Assembly (NCBI RefSeq): GCF_016432865.1
Contig: NC_067401.1
Location: 185,752,001 to 185,816,000, forward strand
DNA length: 64,000 bases
Source: Antechinus flavipes
Lineage: Eukaryota
Direction of reading: 5' to 3'
Numbering within the stretch: position 1 is the stretch's first letter; every line of letters starts with the position of its first letter. The notes under the pieces were generated by a model that saw only the letters and a list, made by a program, of their open reading frames with translations, ran no database searches and was not told where the DNA came from. This document shows, piece after piece, positions 48,771-64,000 of the stretch. The position numbers and the translations under genes are program-made.

Positions 48771-51700
48771 TGAGCTCATCTCAGTTTTCCGCTTTGTTAT
48801 AGCTGGAGATAGATGGCACTTGGGCTCCAAGAACTTTGGGAGGGTAGGTCGAGAAATACAGCGTGTCCCAAAAGTCTTAGTATCTTTTTGAACGATCTTA
48901 AAATTAAACCTGATTTTGCTGATGAGTAAACTGAGGCACTGAGAGATTGATTTTGCCCAGTTACACAATTATTAAATGTCAGAGCCAGAAATAGAATCCA
49001 GATCTCTAGACTTGATCTAGTTTTCTCTCCACACTTTCTGTGTGATGTTTGAACTACTTTTCTTACACCTATTGTCAAGATCCAACGTGGTAAACTATTA
49101 CTCTGATGAGGATTGCCTGGACTGTACTAGGGTTGATGCTAGGGAATGTCTTTTATCTTAATAAGAATCTAGACTTTGATAAAGCAAACCCCAGAGAAAG
49201 AATAGTCAAAAGTGAATTAGTTTGGGCTGTATGTGGGCCTCCTTAAACATACTAAAATGAAAGGCAAGTTATGGAGGATATACAGTTAGGGGCCAATGTC
49301 AGTTTGATCACTGAGGAGTTATGGTCATAAAGGCCTGGATCAAAGTCGAAGGAAGGAAGAAGAAATTTAAACGTTGTAGGATTAATGGGTCTTCCTAGTA
49401 CCTTGTGCTGGGGAAAACAAAAAGAGGGAGAGTTGTCATTCCTTTGGAGTTTGGGATCTAGTGTGGTGTGGTCTCCTATACTGATGGGAGAGACACAGTC
49501 CCACCTTTGACTGTTAGGATGGGGTACTCATCTAGACACAGGCAGAAACCCAAGTTTAGATGGCATTTATTTGAAAGGATTTCTAGACATAGGGAGGAGG
49601 GGGAGAAAGGAAAATATTCACTGCCTGGACAGAGCTTCAGACACAAATGCCTATTAAGATAATGGTGGAATGAAAGATGGGGATAACTGAGATCCATCAG
49701 AATTTCCATTGGAATAGATTAGGAAATTAAGGAGAGTCATGGATTTGGAAAATAAGAGGGACATATATCAGCAAAGGTTTGGTGTCTGCCAGGAAGGGCA
49801 AAAGAAAGGATCAATATTTACCTAACTGGGATGGATAGATCAAGTCTTGGTATAGGGCAAATATAGTTTAATGAGATTGAGTGAGCTTGGGTGGATGACT
49901 CTTGAAGGTTAAACTAAAGAGTTTCAAGTAGACACAAACATTTAGAATTACCAAGTTACTAACTTTGGTGGAGAAGAAAAGTAAAAGGACGGAGATCGCA
50001 AGAATTACTGGGGGAGGGAAAGAGAGAGGATTCCTACCTAGTAATAGGAAGCTGGATTGTTGTCAAATTGAGGGATTGGAGAAGAGAAATGATAACCTCT
50101 TTAAAAGGCCCCATCTCCCCACCCAGTTAGGAGAGTTTCAGAAAGAAGACTGACATGTTCAAAAACAGAACCTTTGAAATGGTAATGTTTTATATCTAGT
50201 CCTGTTAACTCTATTCCCATTTCCTTGCAGAGTGGTGAAGGAAGAGATTTCAGATGACAATGCCAGATTGCCCTGTTTCAATGGGAGAGTGGTCTCTTGG
50301 GTATGGTAGCTTAGGCTGTGGGGGAACCCTTCAACATTACTAACCCTACCAGTTTCCTTAAAAGGATTTACCTGCCTTTACCCCTGCCTAGGGGCTTTCA
50401 CTTTTCCTAGTCCCCTTCTTCAAAATAATTTTTTAGTCTCATAAAGCCTAATTTAATCATTCTCTGTGTGTCTTGAGATTCTCTTGTTAGGGTTTCCAGA
50501 TTTTATTTTTCCATCTTGGATTCCTTTCCAGGTTTTCCTTGGCCTCATCCCCCTCTTTCTCCCTTTTATTTCCCCACCAGAACTTTTACTCTGTTCTTAC
50601 CTTTCCTAATAAAATTTTTTGATCCTTGTTCCCCATATCTGTAGCTTGTGTCCTCAGATAGCTCACAGCCAGAGAATAACTCCCCACCCTCTGAACCTCG
50701 ACCAGAACCCTCATCTCCACCCCCGCCACTGCCTCCTCTGCCTCCTGAGAGGACTAGTGGCATAGGAGATTCAAGGCCCCCATCATTCCAGTGAGTCCTG
50801 GGGAGTCTTGTTGGTGATGGGAGTGGGAGGGAAAGAGAGAACAGGTTTGGTTCTAATCAGATTCTGGGGCTTGTTGATAAGCATTGCTTTTAAGAACAAT
50901 CCTATCACCATTACGTCTTTCCCCAATCCCATTCCTTTTCTAGCCCTAATGTATCTAGTAGCCGAGAGAACCTGGAGCCTGAGACAGAAACAGAGTCAGT
51001 GATATCACTGAGACGGGAGCGGTCCAGGAGGAGAGAGAGCATGGATCACATTGGTGAGGACAATCATACTCCTAAATTCTGAAAAAAAAGTGACATGGTT
51101 TATGTAGTCTGCACATCTGAATCCCTAAAGGGATAGGAGCAATGAAAGGCAGAGAAGAACGAACCAGGGACATAGGAAACAAGATTTGGATCTCCCTGGA
51201 ACACAAATCCAGCCCTCTAAAACCCTTTATCTGACTAGGTGGGAGCCATCGACCTACCGGTTCTTCCCGCCTGGAGCGGCACCTGGCTGGTTATGAGAGC
51301 TCCTCTACTCTTCTAACTAGTGAACTAGAGAATACCAGCCTGGGAGATTCAGATGAGGATGATACTATGAGCAGGTATGGCTTATATCTTTTCCCAATCT
51401 GACTTCACACTTCTTGATTTCCTCCTCAGCTTACTGTTTCCATTAGACCCCTGATCTTTTTTCCCACATTATCCTTATTAGGTTCAGTAGCTCCACAGAG
51501 CAGAGCAGTGCTTCCCGGCTCCTAAAGAGACACCGACGGAGGAGAAAACAGCGACCACCTCGACTGGAGAGGGTGATGTGGCCAGGCACCTCTGAGGGAG
51601 TCTCTGAGGGAAACTAATGGGTAGAACTGGGAAACGGAAAAACTGGGTCTGCATGTGTCTTGATTGAAATGTAGATGACAGGGCTAAGGATTATAGAGAT

Positions 51701-54663
51701 GGTTAGTTAGAAAAGGGAATAAAAAATTTCATTGTCCTTTCTCTCTACCACAGACTTCATCCTTCAGCAGTGTAACAGATTCCACCATGTCTCTCAACAT
51801 CATCACAGTTACTCTTAACATGGGTATGGGGGCAATTGGAAGTCTGGGATTCTAGAATGGGAGGAGATTGTATATGGGAGGTAGACTTTTGGGATTTTAG
51901 TAGCTATTTATTGGGACTTGTTCATCTGAGTCTCTAGGGGATGGGGAATCAAACTGCCAAACAAAATGCCTCCACAGAGAAGTACAATTTCCTGGGCATC
52001 TCCATTGTGGGCCAAAGCAATGAACGTGGCGATGGCGGCATCTACATTGGCTCTATCATGAAGGGTGGTGCTGTGGCTGCAGATGGGCGAATTGAACCAG
52101 GGGACATGCTACTGCAGGTGTGCATAGTAGCACAGGTTTTCCCCCCTTCCTTGGGGTCCTTAGCTGCCTCCTCACCTTTATTCTCTAACACTCCCCCCCA
52201 GGTGAATGACATGAACTTTGAGAACATGAGTAATGATGATGCTGTACGGGTGCTGAGAGAGATTGTACACAAGCCTGGGTGAGGCTAAAAACCAGATCTC
52301 TCACTTTTTGTAGTCTTCTCAGCTTTTCCTGTGGTTTTTCTTTTTCACTTCCCCACTATCTCTGCTCCCTCCTTCCATATCTTATTCCCTTGAAACCTTC
52401 CTTTCCATAGCCTTTTGTCCTAATTTCCCATCCTAGCATGTCTCTCAACTATCCTTATATTGTCCTTCCATGAGACTGACCAGCCCTCTTCTCTTACAGC
52501 CCCATTGTGTTAACAGTGGCCAAGTGTTGGGATCCCTCGCCTCAGGCTTACTTCACACTTCCTAGAAGTGAGTGATCTCTTTTTTGGAAGGAAGGGCATA
52601 AAATCCAGTGGTTTAGGGAAACAGGGAGAATCTTGGGTCTTTAAAGAAAAAGGAAGTGGAGTTGTAGTAGGGAGTATATATACCCTTATATTCTTTCTCC
52701 CCTTTCTCTAAGATGAGCCAATCCAGCCTATTGATCCTGCTGCCTGGGTCTCTCATTCAGCAGCACTCACTGGTGCCTTCCCTACCTACCCAGGCTCTTC
52801 TTCCATGAGCACCATAACTTCAGGCTCCTCCCTGCCTGACGGTAAGGCCTTATTTGGTGGTATTGTCTTTCCCCACAAAGGAAGCCCAAGTCCTGACTCC
52901 AGAAACCCCTGGAAGGATGGAATGGCCATTGGCTTAGCAAAGCCATGTCATGTCCTCCTGATTCATTTGTTCAGGTTATTTTCTTCCCCTTCCCGGGACA
53001 CATAAGTACAGTCCCTTGTCCTTAGCATGCATGTTTTTCCCCCCTCAGGCTGTGAAGCACGCAGCCTCTCTATACACACAGACATGGCATCTGTGACCAA
53101 GGCCATGGCAGCCCCTGACTCCGGGTTGGAGGTCCGGGACCGAATGTGGCTCAAGATAACTATCCCTAATGCTTTTCTGGGTAAGAAGAACTAGTACAAG
53201 AAGGGAGGGCTGAAGCTGGTTGGAGGAGTTGGGTGGGGTCCATGTTGCCCTTTATGATAATCTTTCTGCATTCTTATCTATAACAGGCTCAGATGTAGTG
53301 GACTGGCTTTACCACCACGTAGAGGGGTTCCCTGAGCGGCGGGAGGCAAGGAAATATGCCAGTGGGTTGCTCAAGGCAGGCCTCATCAGGCATACTGTCA
53401 ACAAGATCACCTTTTCTGAACAGTGTTACTATGTCTTCGGGGACCTCAGTGGGGGATGTGAAAGCTGTAAGACATTTAAACTCATCAACCTGAAATGTTC
53501 AATCCTCCGATTGAGAATCCCTGCCTCACTTGTCCCTCACATTCATAAGCCTCACTTGGGTTTGGAGACATATACAATCCAAGGGCAAATAGAATGTTGG
53601 ACACAGATAGAGGCTTAGGTTAGAATCCCAGCTCTGCTATCCCAAATCTGTGTGACCATCATTAGGCCAGTTTCCTTGTTTCTAGAAGTAAGATCCTTTC
53701 TAGTTCTCTTGATTCTTTTCCTGTTGGAGGGAAAGTCCTTAAGAAAGTTGGATTTCCCCAACAGTCTTCCTCCCTTGGTCCCAACCACCCCAGTTCTAAC
53801 AGGCCCTTAAAAAACAGCTCTCATAGCACAGAGGCTGAAGATCTTAGATTCCTGAACCCCAGAGTGTTCTCTCCCCTTTTTCAGACCTTGTGAATTTGTC
53901 TCTGAATGATAATGATGGATCAAGTGGAGCTTCAGACCAGGACACATTGGCTCCCCTGCCTGGGGCCACACCTTGGCCCCTGCTGCCTACTTTCTCCTAC
54001 CAGTACCCAGCCCCACATCCCTACAGCCCCCAGCCTCCTCCTTACCATGAGCTCTCATCCTACAGCTATGGAGGGGGCAGTGCCGGAAGCCAGCATAGTG
54101 AAGGTGAGTTGCATATCAAGTGGGCTTGGAGTGACTGGAGAGAGCTGGTTATTACAAGTGTAAATGGGACTAGAAGGGAAGCATCACACTGCTTCTGTGG
54201 CTGTTCTAAATCTTTCTACCTCCTCTTCTCAGGAAGCCGGAGCAGTGGGTCTACGAGAAGTGATGGGGGAATAGGACGGACAGGGAGACCAGAAGATCGG
54301 GGTCCAGAGTCCAAGTCAGGCAGTGGGAGTGAATCTGAACCATCAAGCCGTGGTGGCAGCCTCCACTGGGGTGGGGATTCCAGTGATGCCACTCTTCCTC
54401 CACCCAGGGGACTAGGTGGGGGTAGCAGCAGCCTTCGTTCCCATCCTACTCTCCATCCTTATGGACCACCCTCTGGTGTGACCCTACCATACAATCCCAT
54501 GATGGTGGTTATGATGCCTCCCCCACCACCTCCAGCAGTTCAACCTCCTGGGGCACCTCCTGTGCGTGACTTGGGCTCTGTGCCACCTGAGCTAACTGCC
54601 AGCCGCCAGAGCTTCCATTTAGCCATGGGCAACCCTAGTGAGTTTTTTGTGGATGTCATGTAG
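48466..54663 (+). CDS. DVL2: Dishevelled-2, 731 aa, 15 exons
   Basis: Exons 48466-48662, 50231-50300, 50645-50790, 50944-51053, 51239-51374, 51482-51572, 51754-51823, 51978-52117, 52202-52278, 52500-52567, 52713-52841, 53049-53180, 53287-53466, 53885-54103, 54233-54663; total 2196 nt. DIX, PDZ and DEP domains, PPPY motif, ends [10 protein letters not shown]. Confidence 0.98.
48905..49030 (-). mobile_element. MIR fragment in DVL2 intron 1
   Basis: GATGAGTAAACTGAGGCACTGAGAG...TTGCCCAGTTACACAATTA. Confidence 0.65.
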
Positions 54664-55143
54664 AATTTTTTCTATGACTTGGAGTTTTTTATACTATCTC
54701 TGTCTTGATTTTAATTCTTACCTTGTGAGTAAGACTTTCTCACATTCTGTAGCCAAGACTCACTTTTGCCACTGGACACCATCGAATCCAATTATTTTTT
54801 TGGTGACAGCCCAGCCAAGGAGTTACCACCATCAATAGTGCCTGATCTGACCCTCTTTATAGGGTTACAGGAAATTTTATATAATAAACTTTGGGGGGGG
54901 GGGAAGAGATACATTTTTCTTATACTTTTTGATACTTTAAAAGGATGTTTTTCTCAAATGAAGTAGCCCTGTAACAATCCTTCCTTGTCCTTGTCCAAAT
55001 GGTTGGGGAATAAGAAAGGATTGGGAATGTTGTGGGGACCCTATTCCCACCTGCCTTTAGAATTCAAGAGCCCCCAAAGCAAGGGTTCTGTAGCTTCCTA
55101 TATTGATTGCTATTTATTTTAGACTTTTGTGTATAAAACCCTA

Positions 55144-55149
55144 AATAAA
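55144..55149 (+). terminator. Probable main DVL2 polyadenylation signal
   Basis: AATAAA preceded by TGTA; alternative hexamers at 54883 and 55305. Confidence 0.55.
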
Positions 55150-55487
55150 GCAATAGAGGGAATTTCCTATTGACTGGCTATTTTCTTGGCAAGAATAGAT
55201 CTCTAGCTCCAAGAAAGGATATTTGGAGAGACATCTCCCACAAGATTTTTCAGGTTCAAAATATTTACTTTTTTTGTGGAGGAAAAATCCATTATCAAGG
55301 CAGAAATAAAGATTTTTAAGTCCCTCCCCAGTAAGAGAAGATAAACAGGCCTGACTGCTTCAGGTTCCTCAAAGACATCTCCCCTCTCTCTTAAGGGCCT
55401 GGCTAGTGTGAGGAAAGGATGAAATGAGAACCTTAGCTTTGGCTAAAGAAAAGGCACATATGGGGTAGTGTTAGAGGTTAAGAATGC

Positions 55488-62926
<7,439 letters not shown>

Positions 62927-63116
62927 CTTAAACTCCAGCTCGGTGCCTCCTGCCCGGCCAGTTCCTCCCAAACGCACCTCCTCTCTTGACTCTGACCTTC
63001 CACTTCTCCTCCCCCACTCCCGCTAGATGGATTTGCCCAGCCCCTGCCCGGCCCTACCCCTGACTCATCACCCATAATACAACTAGGGGAGGTAGGTGGA
63101 GCTTATTGCACTTATG

Positions 63117-63135
63117 GCATGCTGGGAGATGTGGT
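63117..63135 (-). promoter_or_regulatory. ZNF143/ACTACA-like motif upstream of ACADVL
   Basis: GCATGCTGGGAGATGTGGT, reverse complement ACCACATCTCCCAGCATGC, about 190 nt upstream of the ATG. Confidence 0.55.
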
Positions 63136-64000
63136 TCTTAGGTCCTTTTCCCCATTTCCCCGGGGTTTTCTTACATTAACAATGGATTCAAGTGTAACCC
63201 TTGGTCTCCTTCTTTTAGTTTTCCATTAAGGGCCAGATCTATGTCTTATAAGAACAGGAGAAAATGAGATGTAATGGGGAGAGATGGACACTGCAAAGAA
63301 GGTAAAAAAGCTAAAATTAGAGAGATGTAGTTGAAATTGGAGAAAAGACATCCTAGATGTCCTAAAGTAAATCGAGGCTTAGCTTGTCTGAGAGGTTTGG
63401 TCAGATGTATTCGGTCTCTTGTCTTGACACAATCCCATTCACATCCAAGACTGACATACACACAAAAATACAAATATGATGGGAATCAGTGGAATTTTAA
63501 GTGTGCACTTGTGCCTGCTCCATGTATCTCCTTTTCACACACATACCCCTTTAGACATAAGAAGTTTCTATGACTTTGATTTGAAATTTAAAACTCTGGG
63601 CTGAAAGAAACTTACGGTGTCATTTTAGCACTGCTACTACAAACGCTCTGGACACATCATCTTTGGGACTACTAAGGTCTTCTTAGGATAAGGACCCCTC
63701 TCTTCCCATGGTTGGGAATGAGAGATGAAAATGAGAAGCCCATCAATAAGTAGCAATATCTATCTCACTGAGCAACCCATTTTTTTCCAGCCCTAAAGTA
63801 ATGTCTTTCCTGAGTCTAATTTGAATCCTTTTTGCTGTAGTTTCTATATGGTGTCTAACAAGTCATTCCTTGTTCTTTCTTTGACTGCCTCTTCCAGTAC
63901 TCTGTCCAGTAAAGGATCCTTGTTCTTTACCTTACTTTTCCCCACTAAGTGGGACATACATAATGTTACAAATATATCTGATTGGGGGTTAGGTAGACTG

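Noticed and set aside
63028-64000. DLG4 (PSD-95 beta) first exon expected head-to-head with ACADVL
   Set aside because: A donor-like GAG|GTAGGT at 63092 is near the expected place, but there is no in-frame ATG or MSQRPR-like peptide. It cannot be supported from this window.

Overview
Gene-dense 64 kb mammalian window, syntenic to human 17p13.1 in reverse orientation. WSINE1-type SINEs and marsupial L1 3' ends suggest an Australian marsupial, probably a dasyurid (inference). Eight genes were rebuilt exon by exon with GT-AG boundaries and open frames: YBX2 (+, 5'-partial), SLC2A4/GLUT4 (-), CLDN7 (+), CTDNEP1 (+), GABARAP (+), PHF23 (+), DVL2 (+) and ACADVL (-). Main finding: the syntenic ELP5 gene (Elongator subunit 5, expected between CLDN7 and CTDNEP1) is a long-dead, intron-containing pseudogene. 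Seven of its eight exons are recognisable in order, the sixth only by position, and it carries at least 13 in-frame stops, a frameshift and damaged splice sites. This implies either a relocated functional copy or an Elongator complex without ELP5. Other signals: a candidate extra 150-nt YBX2 coding exon, an L1 insertion with an apparent 3' transduction, a conserved GLUT4 enhancer with an altered MEF2 site, and possibly overlapping DVL2/ACADVL 3' ends. Comparisons with human sequences are from memory and need confirming by alignment.
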